DNA from: Mobula hypostoma
Taxonomy: Eukaryota
Reading direction: 5' to 3'
Length of the DNA: 64,000 bases
Assembly (NCBI RefSeq): GCF_963921235.1
Contig: NC_086097.1
Span: 55,306,001 to 55,370,000, forward strand
Position numbers and translations under genes: made by a program. Under the pieces are notes generated by a model. That model worked only from the letters and a program-made list of their open reading frames with translations. It was not told the origin of the DNA and did not search any database. Shown one piece after another: positions 23,130 through 34,560 of this stretch (its first letter is position 1; each line of letters opens with the position of its first letter).

Positions 23130-25682
23130 TTAAGGACAGTGGCCAGGTGCAGCTATGGACTGATGACTGTGTCTTTACTGTGGAAAACACGGGCAGTGTG
23201 CCAGATGTTGAAGCATGTTAAGGAAGAGGAAACGAAAGGGTCTTTTAAGAGACTCTTGGATGGATACATGGAGCTTAGAAAAATAGAGGACTATGGGTAA
23301 GCCTAGATAGTTCTCGGGTAGGGACATGTTCGGCACAGCTTTGTGGGCCGAAGGGCCTGTATTGTGCTGTATGTTTTCTGTTTCTAAGAGAAGTGAGTGC
23401 AGTTACTATTACAAGGGAGAAGGAGCTCAAAAAGCTGAAAGACCTAATGGTACCTAAGTCACCATAACCAGATGAACTGCACCCTAGGGTTCTGACAGAG
23501 GTTGTGGTAAAATAGTAGTAATAGTAGTCATACTTTATTGATCCCGGGGGAAATTGGTTTTCATTGCAGTTGCACCATAAATAATAAATAGTAATAGAAC
23601 CATATAAATTATGCCAGTAAATTATGAAATAAGTCCAGGACCAGCCTATTGGCTCAGGGTGTCTGACCCTCCAAGGGAGGAGTTGTAAAGTTTGATGGCC
23701 ACAGGCAGGAATGACTTCCTATGACGCTCTGTGCTGCATCTCAGTGGAATGAGTCTCTGGCTGAATATACTCCTGTGCCCAACCAGTACATTATGTAGTG
23801 GATGGGAGACATTGACCAAGATGGCATGCAACTTAGACGGCATCCTCTTTTCAGACACCACGGTGAGAGAGTCCAGTTCCATCCCCACAACATCACTGGC
23901 TTTACAAATGAGTTTGTTGATCCTGTTGGTGTCTGCTACCCTCAGCCTGCTGCCCCAGCACACAACAGCAAACATGCTAGCACTGGCCACTACAGACTCG
24001 TAGAACATCCTCAGCATCATCCGGCAAATGTTAAAGGACCTCAGTCTCCTCAGTGTTCTTTGACCCTTCTTGTAGACAGCCTCAGTGTTCTTTGACCAGT
24101 CCAGTTTATTGTCAATTCATATCCCCAGGTATTTGTAATCCTCCACTATGTCCACACTGACCCCCTGGATGGAAACAGGGGTCACTGGGACCTTAGCTCT
24201 CCTCAGGTCTACCACCAGCTCCTTAGTCTTTTTCACATTAAACTGCAGATAATTCTGCTCACACCATGCGACAAAGTTTCCTACCGTAGCCCTGTACTCA
24301 GCCTCATCTCCCTTGCTGATGCATCCAACTATGGCAGAGTCATCTGAAAACTTCTGAAGATGACAAGACTCTGTGCAGTAGTTGAAGTCCGAGGTGTAAA
24401 TGGTGAAGAGAAAGGGAGACCTGTTGGAATTCTTTGAGGAGATTATAATTAGGATAGATTATAAATAGGATTATAAATAAGAGATTATAAATAGGATTGA
24501 TAAAGGGGGTGCAGTGGATGCTGTATATTTGAACTTTCAGAAGGCCTTTGATAAGATGCCACACATGAGGCTGTTTATTAAGTTAAGAGCCCATGGCATT
24601 ACAGCAAAGTTACTAACATGGTTAGAGCTTTGGCTGATTGGTAGGAGGCAGTGAGTGAGAATAAAAGAATCCTTGTCTGGTTGGCTGCCAGTGACTAGCG
24701 GTGTTTTACAGGGGTCGGTGTTGGGACTGCTTCTTTTTGTGCTGTATATTAATGATTTAGATGATGGAATAGAAGGATTTGTTGCCAAGTTTGCAGATAA
24801 TACAAAGATTGGAGGAGGGGCAGGTAGTGTTGAGGAAACAGGTAGGCTGCAAAAGGACTTAGACAGATTAGAAGAATGGGCAAGAAAGTGGCAAATAAAA
24901 TACAATGTTGGAAAATGCTTGGTCATGCACTTTGGAAGTAGAAATAAATTTGCAGACTATTTTCTAAATGGGGAGAAAATCCAAAAATCTGAGATGCAAG
25001 GGGACTTGGAAGTCCTTGCAGAACACTTTAAAGGTTAACTTGCAGGTAGAGTCAGTGGTGAGGAAGGCAAATGCAATGTTAGCATTAATTTCAAGAGGTC
25101 TTGAATACAAGAGCAGAGATGTGATGCTGAGGCTTTATAAGGCACTGGTGAGGTCTCATCTTGAGTACTGAGAACAGTTTTGGACTCCTCATTTGAGAAA
25201 AGATGATGCAAAGGTGGTTCACAAGGATGATTCCGGGAATGAAAGGTTTATAATATGAGGAACATTTGATGGCTCTGGGTCTGTACTCGCTGGAATATAG
25301 AAGGATGAGGGGAGATCTCATTGAAACCTTTCAAATGTTAAAAGGCCTAGATGTGGAAAGGATGTCTCCCATGGTGGGGGAGTCTAGGACAAGAGGGCAC
25401 AACTTCGGGATAGAGGGGCATCCATTTAAAACAGAGATGCAGAGAAATTTCTTTAGCCAGAGGGGGGTGAATTTGTGGAATTTGTTACCACAGGCAGCTG
25501 TGAAGGGCAGGTCATTGAGTGTGTTTAAGACAGGGCTTGATTGGACGTGGCATCAGAGGTTACGGGGAGAAGGCCAGGGAGTGGGACTGAGGAGAGGAAA
25601 AAAGGATCAGCCATGATTGAGTGGTGGAGCAGACTCAATGGGCCAAATGGCCTAATTCTGCTCCTATGTCTTATGGTCTTAT
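23130..25682 (+). mobile_element. CR1 LINE interrupted by a short CR1 3' end (about 23235-23385) and a Rex/Babar element
   Basis: VTSGVLQGSVLGLLLFVLYINDLD, KFADNTKIGG, RGLEYKSRDVMLRLYKALVR, NFFSQRGVNLWN; tail ctatgtcttatggtcttat. Confidence 0.9.
23512..24418 (-). mobile_element. Rex/Babar LINE 3' portion (second subfamily)
   Basis: MLRMFYESVVASASMFAVVCWG..HPLH..SFLPVAIKLYN; QKFSDDSAIVG-like RT motif near 24330-24360; (tag)n tail. Confidence 0.85.
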
Positions 25683-26392
25683 AAAAACAGTGGAGGAACT
25701 GAGGGATGTGAGGAAGGGTACATCTGAGTGATATTAATACGCACATGGAAGCTCACCATTTTTTTTGCAAATGGCATTGCCAAGGGAAATGTGCAATAAA
25801 GAGACAAGGACAGCAGATTCGAAGTATAATGCATCTTTCTATTTGTTATTTTGTTATGGTGGAACTATATAAATAAAAAGTGAGGTAGTACAAGTCAGTT
25901 AAATCATTTCCTGTAAAGAGTTTTTTTGTAACATTTTTGGAATAAATTACATACCTAGCAAAGCTATTAGATTTAATAAGCTGTATCATAATGAAAGAAT
26001 GCTTTATACTATTTATAAATAATTTTGAACATTTCTTTTAAACTTTGAAAATACTTAAGAACTATTTATTCTAAATGTTTTAATAGTGACATGAAAATGT
26101 TTTCATTAGATATGGAAGGACAATTAAGGAGAGCTGGATCCTAGTATTTTCTGAATTATTACTTACGTTTTGACATGATTTTGGTGGATCACTGTGCTTA
26201 GTAAGAGTGTAATGGAAACGTTACAGCAAAAGAGGGAAGAGTCCTGGCAGCAGAGAACATACGTCTGCAGCTTTACAAAAAAATTACAAATTTTCTTCAA
26301 TGGCATCAATAAAATTTGGCTGCACAGGGTAGCTGCTCCAAGTAAGCTAAAAGAACAAAATTTAACTATTAGTTGCCTATTTCCTCCTCATA

Positions 26393-26694
26393 TAGGCATC
26401 CGTTAGCCTCATGAGACCATGGATTTGCGCCTTGGAAAGTTTCCAGGGCACAGGCCTGGGCAAGATTATATGGAAGATCAGCAGTTGCCCATGCTGCAAG
26501 TCTCCCCTCACCACTCCACCAATGTTGTCCAAGGGAAGGGCATTAGGACCCATACAGCTTGGCACTGGTGTCGTCGCAGAGCAATGTGTGGTTAAGTGCC
26601 TTGCTCAAGGCCACAACATGCTGCCTCAGCCAAGGCTCGAACCTTCAGATGAACACTAGACGAATGCCTTAACCACTTGGCCATGCACCAACAC
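26393..26694 (-). mobile_element. Full-length tRNA-derived SINE with CORE-like domain and 13-bp TSD
   Basis: A box TGGCCAAGTGG, B box GGTTCGAGCC, CCTTGAGCAAGGCACTTAAC; TSD TTTCCTCCTCATA at 26380-26392 and 26695-26707. Confidence 0.9.
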
Positions 26695-26789
26695 TTTCCT
26701 CCTCATACACTTTACAAATGAAATATGAAGAAATATATTTGTACAGACCCAGGAAAGCTTTTTATATTTAGGTTTGATATATACTTAGC

Positions 26790-26965
26790 ATTTCTAAATG
26801 GACATTGAACCCATGATCACTATCTCACAACTTAACTATTTAATAGACATATATATATTTAATGTATATTTTCTCTATATTTATCATGTATTCCATTGTA
26901 CTGCTGCTGTAAAGTTAACAAATATCACCACGTAAGCCAGTGATATTAAATCTGTTTCTGATTTT
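26790..26965 (+). mobile_element. Rex1-type LINE 3' UTR fragment
   Basis: Similar to 50080-50300 (actgctgctg..aagttaacaaat..gtgat.ataaa.ctg.ttctgatt). Confidence 0.7.
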
Positions 26966-27651
26966 GCAACAAGTTTTGCCATAATTGATTTAACTTCTGT
27001 TGTCTACTCATTTATTACTTTCAAACTATAGGATGAGAAAAGGACAGAATTTGAGAAGCAGACCTTTTCCTTTCTCTATACAATGGTGGTAGTCTCCCAG
27101 AAGATTGCAGTTAGTATGCAACTGATTTTAAATTACTTTGTCTTTCCTGGAATGACGTGGGAAAAAATTCTGCTGAAATTATCTTTGATACAAAATAATA
27201 TTCTCATATTCCGGTTCCTTGAGGTTGCTGCTATTCTCTTAATGCACTGGCTTCATTATTTAAAATAATGTCTAATGATCATTTCTGGTCTAGTTTATTT
27301 ATCTTATAGCTCTTACTCATTAATGTTCTCCTGAAGAGGAATATGTTGCATTACTTACCTTGTTAATTTTCTCATATTTTCTCACATGGATGGTTAAGAA
27401 ACATGAGAAAACAACCTAAGAGAGGAAAAGACCATTTGGCCCCCAGTCTTTCCAGGATGGTCCTCTCCCTCTGCATTATTTTCCAGCACCATCCCCGTAT
27501 CCTGAGCTTCCCTTAATATCAAGCAATCTATTGACTCTATCATTCTTCAGGATGTGGTTGTTCTTAGCAAATCCAACATATATTGCCCACAACATACATC
27601 AAAGTTGCTGGTGAACGCAGCAGGCCAAGCAGCATCTATAGGAAGAGGCGC

Positions 27652-27687
27652 AGTCGACGTTTCAGGCCGAGACCCTTCGTCAGGACT
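27652..27687 (-). ncRNA. Minimal type I hammerhead ribozyme (intact core)
   Basis: Sense AGTC-CTGACGA-AGG-gtctcgg-CCT-GAAAC-GTC^GACT: stem I AGTC/GACT, CUGANGA, stem II AGG/CCT, GAAA, palindromic ACGT in place of stem III, GUC cleavage triplet. Confidence 0.85.
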
Positions 27688-27983
27688 AACTGAAGGAAGA
27701 GTGAGTAAGGGATTTGAAAGCTGGAGGGGGAGGGGGAGATGCAAAATGATAGGAGAAGACAGGAGGGGGAGGGATAGAGCCGAGAGCTGGACAGGTGATA
27801 GGCAAAAGGGGATACGAGAGGATCATGGGACAGGAGATCCGGGAAGAAAGACAAGGAGGGGGGGTGACCCAGAGGACAGGCAAGAGGTATATTCAGAGGG
27901 ACAGAGGGAGAAAAAGGAGAGTGAGAGAAAGAATGTGTGCATAAAAATGAGTAACAGATGGGGTACGAGGGGGAGGTGGGGCA

Positions 27984-28727
27984 TTAGCAGAAGTTAGAGA
28001 AGTCGATGTTCATGCCATCAGGTTGGAGGCTACCCAGATGGAATATAAGGTGTTGTTCCTCCAACCTGAGTGTGGCTTCATCTTTACAGTAGAGGAGGCC
28101 GTGGATAGACATGTCAGAATGGGAATGGGATGTGGAATTAAAATATGTGGCCACTGGGAGATCCTGCTTTCTCTGGCGGACAGAGCGTAGATGTTCAGCA
28201 AAGCGGTCTCCCAGTCTGCGTCGGGTCTCACCAATATATAAAAGGCCACATCGGGAGCACCGGACGCAGTATATCACCCCAGTCGACTCACAGGTGAAGT
28301 GATGCCTCACCTGGAAGGACTGTTTGGGGCCCTGAATGGTGGTAAGGGAGGAAGTGTAAGGGCATGTGCAGCACTTGTTCGGCTTACACGGATAAGTGCC
28401 AGGAGGGAGATCAGTGGGGAGGGATGGGGGGGACGAATGGACAAGGGAGTTGTGTAGGGAGCGATCCCTGCGGAATGCAGAGAGAGGGGGGGAGGGAAAG
28501 ATGTGCTTAGTGGTGGGATCCCGTTGGCGGTGGCGGAAGTTACGGAGAATAATATGTTGGTCCCGGAGGCTGGTGGGGTGGTAGGTGAGGACCAGGGGAA
28601 CCCTATTCCTAGTGGGGTGGTGGGAGGATGGAGTGAGAGCAGATGTACGTGAAATGGGGGAGATGCGTTTAAGAGCAGAGTTGATAGTGGAGGAAGGGAA
28701 GCCCCTTTCTTTAAAAAATGAAGACAT
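27984..28727 (-). pseudogene. Uninterrupted PLE C-terminal fragment: thumb/linker, Cys motif, GIY-YIG endonuclease
   Basis: 247-aa open frame: RVPLVLTYHP, YPCKPNKCCTC, GVIYCVRCSRCGLLYIGETRRRLGDRFAEH, EEQHLIFHLGSLQPDGMN; RT missing through 5' truncation. Confidence 0.9.
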
Positions 28728-28839
28728 CTCCCTCGTCCTAGAATGAAAAGCCTCATCCTGAGAGCAGATGCGGCGGAGACGGAGGAATTGCCCACAATTT
28801 GTTGTCCAACTGAAGTTGGTTAGATTTGTTAGACTGCAG

Positions 28840-29045
28840 TTTCTGAGATACTCAAACCACCCCGCCTGGCACCAACAATCATTCCATGGTCAAAGTCACT
28901 TAGATCACATTCCTTTCCTATTCTGATGTTTGGTCTGCACAACAACTGAACCTCTTGATGAAGGCACTGAGTTGCTGCCATGTGATTGGCTGATTAGATA
29001 CTTGTATTATCAAGCTGGTATACCTATTAAAGCAGCTGCTGAGTA
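28840..29045 (-). mobile_element. Tc1-type element fragment (same family as 20039-20548)
   Basis: Reverse complement of 20040-20235 including a decayed TIR. Confidence 0.8.
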
Positions 29046-30179
29046 CAGTATATATCTAACATTGTAACTACAAAGCACAACCTAAACCATTGGACTCAGT
29101 TTCCAGATATGGATAAACTAATTGCAGGATGTGACACTGCACAGTGTGACTCACCTGGTCAAATTCTTCATAGTGAATTCCCAAACTCAAGTCATGTGTC
29201 TGAAACTCAGAACTAATGCTGAATTACTTGTATGGCTCAAAATATATTTATTATGTTACCCCCCCCCTCACCTCGCTGTACTATTTCCTTGGACAACCTG
29301 TATATTACTAGTACTTCTTCCTTGGAGCTTAATATGTATTCTGTTAACTTCTGGTGACTTTACCAACTTTGAAAACTTTAGCAGCATACTTTTGTAATTA
29401 TATAATTAAACTTTCCAGAAGGCTACAGTATGCCACTGCTCTTCATTGTAAAAGGTAATTCACCTCATTTTAATTTTATTCATCTGTGAGAACTATTGGA
29501 AAAACCAGTGATTCACTGACCACAAATTCTTTAAGAAGTTGCTCGCCTTCAACTACTAAAAGCAAATAGCTTGCTAGGCCATTTCATAGGGACGTATCAA
29601 GAGATATCCACTTCACTGTGGATGTAACAAGGTAGTTTTTAAATAACGCGTTAGCAATTTCAATCATCACAATTTATACTCGAGGATTATTTAATAAATT
29701 GAACAGAAAAAACTTCCCTCTCTATTTAGAGGAGAGTTTAACTCGTGTTTCCGGCCATTATTCTGGACACAGTTTAACAATGAAACTAAAGAGATAAGCA
29801 TCAATGAACAGAAACTGGAGTAATCACTGATAAGCAATCTTATGTCACGCCTGCAGGGTGGGTGAGTGTGTGGCAGAAAGAGAGAGGCATTGCTTTGAAA
29901 TAGTTCTCCAGTATCGGTTATCTTGATCAGATATTGCACTCTGTATCTCCACAGTGTGAACGTGGCCTCAAGATACCAGAGCGGAAAGACGCTGGAACAC
30001 TATATTGTTGTTTAGAACTACAGTTCAACCAAAGAAGTGAAATTACAGCAGTTATCTGCCGTGTACCGGATAGATTTGTATGCGGTTGTGGTTGGTCACG
30101 TACTAACACCTCAGTCACCGTCAGCAAATTTCTTCATGGCACGAAATGTTTCAGCAGTCGAAGAGATAATGAAACCATT

Positions 30180-30260
30180 TGAGTTTCCATCCCAGAGGTG
30201 ATCGAGTCGGCCAGCGGCTGGCCAATCAGCGGCGAGCAGGCATCCTGACGCGCTTGTGTT
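30180..30260 (+). promoter_or_regulatory. Promoter-like segment with CCAAT box inside a CpG-rich region (about 30000-31300)
   Basis: GGCCAATCAG (CCAAT at 30222-30226), TGACGC half-CRE near 30246, high CpG density. Confidence 0.55.
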
Positions 30261-30461
30261 GAGTGGAGGGGGACGGCACGGCACGGGGATCCTTTCTCGC
30301 GGGGGTCAGTTTCACGGTGGTTTCAGCGGCTCCTGCTCTCTGATCGGCTCTGGACAGGACCTGCCAACTTTCACCGAGGGGCTCCCACCTGGGGGTTACC
30401 TTCTTGTTCAGCAGCATAATTCGCCCCTGTACAACTTTTCCCGAGATCGCCAGGCCTTGCT
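30250..30461 (+). other. Candidate non-coding first exon of an unidentified plus-strand gene (start approximate)
   Basis: GC-rich, ATG-free segment after the CCAAT box ending in GCT|GTAAGT at 30462, followed by a drop to AT-rich sequence. Confidence 0.5.
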
Positions 30462-31776
30462 GTAAGTACAGTTCTAAAAATGAAAATACATTCTGCGCTG
30501 AATTGGATCAAGTGATCAGTTTAAAAAAACTTCGTGTAGGCTTTGTTTTTAGTTCCTTTGTTTGTTCGTTGTCATATCACTATTTAGCCTAGTTTGCTGA
30601 ATGGACAATACTTTAGCCTTTGTTTATCTTGGCTTGTGTTGGCACAAGATTATCAAAGAATACAATTACAATTTGCTCAATGCCGCCGTGCAGACGGCGC
30701 GGCAGTCACTCTGGGATAGGTTCCAGCTTTATTTCATTGTGGATTTGTAAATAACCCTCTAGGGAATTAGAAGAGATGATTATAGGGATATTAAATGCTG
30801 CTATTACAAAATACGCATTTGGTCTACAATGTAAACGCGTCATAATGACATCACGGAGGCAGTTTTTGTGAAAAGATATCTAATCTTGACACAGGTTCTT
30901 TACAAAGAGTTTGTATTGATATTCAACAAATAACACCGCAGGCCGGCGCTGAGCAAGACAGCCAAACAAGCAGTTTGGTAATCCTGTTTAGGGAATGGGA
31001 TAGGATGTTTCGGGAGTGGGATAGGATACTGTGACGACACCCCACAAGGTACTGTTTCCTTCACAATATCCAAAGGAAGTGTGTGTTTCCTTGCCCACGA
31101 CCCACATTTCCTCTGTCTTTTCCTGAGGTCTGTGCCTCGTGTGTGAGCCCAAAAGTGTTCTCAGGGTTTTCTACCACACGCTTCATCACTGAAGATCTTG
31201 ATCCAAGTCTCGCTTAACCGATCTCCCTCCCTCTCTCTGTGAACCGTAACGACGCCGAGACCGACTGGTACACTATTTGACATTGCCTGTGTTCCCAGGT
31301 GGGAATTTCAAATAGTAAGAATAACACTCTGTCGCACACCTAGCCTTTAGGAATTCAGCTGTGGTTTCTTACTCGTAATGACTCAATGCCAGTCGGCCCA
31401 TCAGGACTATACCAGCCTCTGTCAAAGCAGATCAGCCCCCCTTCCTATTTCCCTGCAACCTAATCTCTCTCGTCAGCTGCCTTAGTTTTCTTTTGGCGCT
31501 AGCCTCCACTAGGGGTAATTAAGTGGCCATTTAAAACACCAACACATACAGGAGAGCAGGAGTCCTTGGCCCATTCAATCTGAGCCAATTTTACACTACC
31601 CACCCACTTTACAGTAATCCCACATCTCAGAATTAACGCACATTGACCTCAATGCCCAACTCCACCATCCAGATTTTACCATTCAATTACACACTGGGAA
31701 CAACTTGCAGCAGTGAATTAACCTACCAACCCACATGTTTTAGAGATATGGGTGGAAAACAGGGCACCATGAAGAA

Positions 31777-31914
31777 CGCAAACAACAGGAGTTCTGCAGA
31801 TGCTGGAAATTCAAGCAACACACATAAAAGTTGCTGGTGAACGCAGCAGGCCAGGTAGCATCTCTAGGAAGAGGTGCAGTCGACGTTTCAGGCTGAGACC
31901 CTTCGTCAGGACTA
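31777..31914 (-). mobile_element. 138-bp solo PLE terminal module (hammerhead + tail), 12-bp TSD, inserted in an old V-SINE
   Basis: TSD CACCATGAAGAA at 31765-31776 and 31915-31926. Confidence 0.9.
31878..31913 (-). ncRNA. Minimal type I hammerhead ribozyme (intact core)
   Basis: Sense AGTC-CTGACGA-AGG-gtctcag-CCT-GAAAC-GTC^GACT. Confidence 0.85.
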
Positions 31915-33279
31915 CACCATGAAGAAACCTGCTTAGTCACACAGTTTTGACAGACGGCACCAGTATATAGGATTGACCCTGATCACTGGTGCTATACTGA
32001 CTTTGGGATGTGGGAGAATATCATTGCATCCAGGGAAATCCACCTGGTTGATACCAACAGCATTGGAGGTTATGGTCAGATCCAGGTCTCTGGAGCTGGG
32101 AGACAACGATGGTTGGCAGTACATCTGATTGACAACCAGCCATTACTTCCATTTTCCAGTGGTCTGTATCCAGTGTTTACTGTCTTTAGAGAAAGCTGAG
32201 GAGAGCACCATAGGTGAGGTTATTGCCTTATGGGAAGGAAGAAGGATTAGGTTTGAATTCCCCAAGAGCCTGAAGTGGTTTTTCATGCAACTTCTCTTTG
32301 ATTTAGTTTGAGTGCAAAATTCCTTCATGATTGTGGGTTGTATTAAATCTCTATGTACTTGCCCTGTTCCCAATAAGAATTGTTTCTGAAATCATCAGCA
32401 CATTGAATCGACATTATCGTTGATGCAGCATCAACTGGAGAGGCATTTGCCTATTGTAACAAATGCACCTTTGATTAGATTATTTGCAAATCTACGTTTC
32501 TGGTAGTCTACTTCCTTGGTTTTAGTTCTGCTTTTTCTGTGACATTCTGCATTGGAGACCGAGCAGTCAGTCTGCACCAAAGCTCCTGGCAATGACACCT
32601 TGTAACTCGGTGTTAATGAAAGGTGCCCAGTGGGTTGGGGATTTTACCTATTTTTCATTTTCATGAACTCTTTAATTTGTGACGGTAACTGGTCAGATGA
32701 TGCAGGAAACTATCTACATGGAGAATTGAAGCTGTTCAGTTCACCAGTCTTCCACAGCACAACAGTTTCATTCTGAAATTTGTAATTAGATGATTAATTA
32801 CAGGTCTATGATTCCAGTGGAGGTCATTTTCAGAAATATTCTTACACCTCATTTGGACAGCTTAATAGTGTGACTATATCTTTTGGAGGATGTAGCCATT
32901 GCTATAAGCAAGTTATTATGGTTGGGCTATAACCCTTTAACTTTTATTTTTCATCGTAAAAATTTGCAGAATGAGTTATGGCTGACACGACATTACATTG
33001 AATAATTTTTGTCTTTAAACATAAGGAGCTGGTATTATAATAATACCAACAAATAATTAATATCTCAAAAATACTGAAGATGCTGGAAATCTGAAACCTG
33101 GCAGCTTTGTTGAAAGGCAATTGAACAGAAATGTTGATGTTATTTCTAACTCCATTTAAGTTGCCTGACCTGTTGAGTATTCCAGCACTCTGTTTTTATA
33201 ACCTGAGGCAATAATACTCATTTTTTTTCAACGTAAAGTCCCGTGCGGTATCTTCTGCAAAATAAAATAATAACATGGT

Positions 33280-33540
33280 GGTGCAGCTCAACTTCAGGGT
33301 CCTGGGTTTCTAGTGCTGACTATGTGGAGTTTGCACTGTCTCCCTGTGTCCATGTGAGCTTCCGTCAAATGCTTTTTCCCCAGAGGTGCATTGGTAGGTT
33401 ATTTAGTCATTTGTGGCAACATATTCAAAAGTGGGTGGGCGTGGGGCAAGGATTCTTGATGGATGTACGACGGAGAATAAGCAGTGATGCTATTGTAAAT
33501 AAGGAGGGAAGTGGGACTGAGGAGATTGCTCTCCTGTGAT
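33280..33540 (+). mobile_element. Degenerate V-SINE
   Basis: tgtggagtttgcactgtctccctgtgtccatgtgagcttcc resembles the V-domain seen at 47630-47710. Confidence 0.55.
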
Positions 33541-33669
33541 AAAGGTTAGAGTGCAAACTCTCTTAGTTCATAAGTTCCTCTGTGGACCTGAATGGAAGCA
33601 ATCATTTGGAACTTGTCAGTCGAAATCAGAGGTTAAGCAGACTGAGGCTCTCCATCCAGTATAAAGGTC

Positions 33670-34560
33670 AACACACACAACATGCTGGATGAACTCTGCA
33701 GATCAGGCAGTATCTGTGGGGAAGGATAAACAGTTGACATTTCAGGTCAGGCAGTATCTGTGAGGAAGGATAAACAGTTGACATTTCAGATCAGGCAGTA
33801 TCTGTGGGGAAGGATAGACAGTTGACATTTCAGGTCAGGCAGTATCTGTGGGGAAGGACAAACAGTTGACATTTCAGGTCAGGCAGTATCTGTGGGGAAG
33901 GACAAACAGTTGACATTTCAGATCAGGCAGTATCTGTGGGGAAGGATAGACAGTTGACATTTCAGGTCAGGCAATATCTGTGGGGAAGGACAAACAGTTG
34001 ACATTTCAGGTTGGGATCATCAGGATTGGAAAGGATAGGGGAAAGAAGCCAGAATAAGAAGGTGGAAGGGGATGGGGGAAGGTTTGCAAGTTGGGAAGGG
34101 GAAGGCGGCTGGGTTGGAAAGGCAGATGAAGTGAGAATCAGGGAGGTGATGGGTGGAAGAAGGAATATGACAGGAGTAGACAGTGAACCATGACAAAAAA
34201 GGAAGGAGGAGGGGCACCAGAGGGAGGTGATGGAGAAGATAAGGGATCAAAAGGAAGCCTGAATGGAGAGAAATGACCAGAAATCAGAGAAATAGATGCT
34301 CTGCTCTGCTGTCATATTGTTCCCCTCTTCTTTCCCTTACTCCCATGGCCCAATCTCCTATCGGATAATTTCTCCTCCTTCCCCTTCTCTATTGTTATTC
34401 TGGCTTCTTCCCCTTTCCTTTCCAGTCTGGAGAAGGATTTCAGCCTGAAACTTTGACTGCTTATACTTCCCCATAGATGCTGCCTGGTCTGCTGAATTCC
34501 TCCAGCACTTTTTGTGTATTGTACTGGATTTCCAGCATCTTCGGAATCTCTTGTGTTTAT
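33670..34560. mobile_element. Tail-out inverted pair of PLE 3' ends (minus 33670-34300, plus 34320-34560)
   Basis: Purine-rich then pyrimidine-rich UTR copies, each with a degenerate hammerhead and family tail. Confidence 0.8.
33703..34010. repeat. Minisatellite, 7 x 44 bp, derived from the PLE tail
   Basis: Unit TCAGGCAGTATCTGTGGGGAAGGAYARACAGTTGACATTTCAGR repeated exactly 7 times. Confidence 0.97.

Larger units (their letters stand above)
27593..28786 (-). mobile_element. Young 5'-truncated PLE (GIY-YIG region + 3' UTR + hammerhead), 11-bp TSD
   Basis: TSD ATTGCCCACAA at 27582-27592 and 28787-28797; homologous to about 5480-6690. Confidence 0.93.

Noticed and set aside
26620..26694. tRNA gene
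   Set aside because: The A and B boxes belong to a SINE head; no complete cloverleaf, and the unit is TSD-flanked
27984..28727. Stand-alone or domesticated GIY-YIG nuclease gene
   Set aside because: Lies within a TSD-flanked 5'-truncated PLE and is highly similar to other copies; the open frame is explained by youth
33703..34010. CRISPR-like regular array
   Set aside because: Units are head-to-tail with no unique spacers, derive from the PLE tail, and the context is vertebrate with no cas genes
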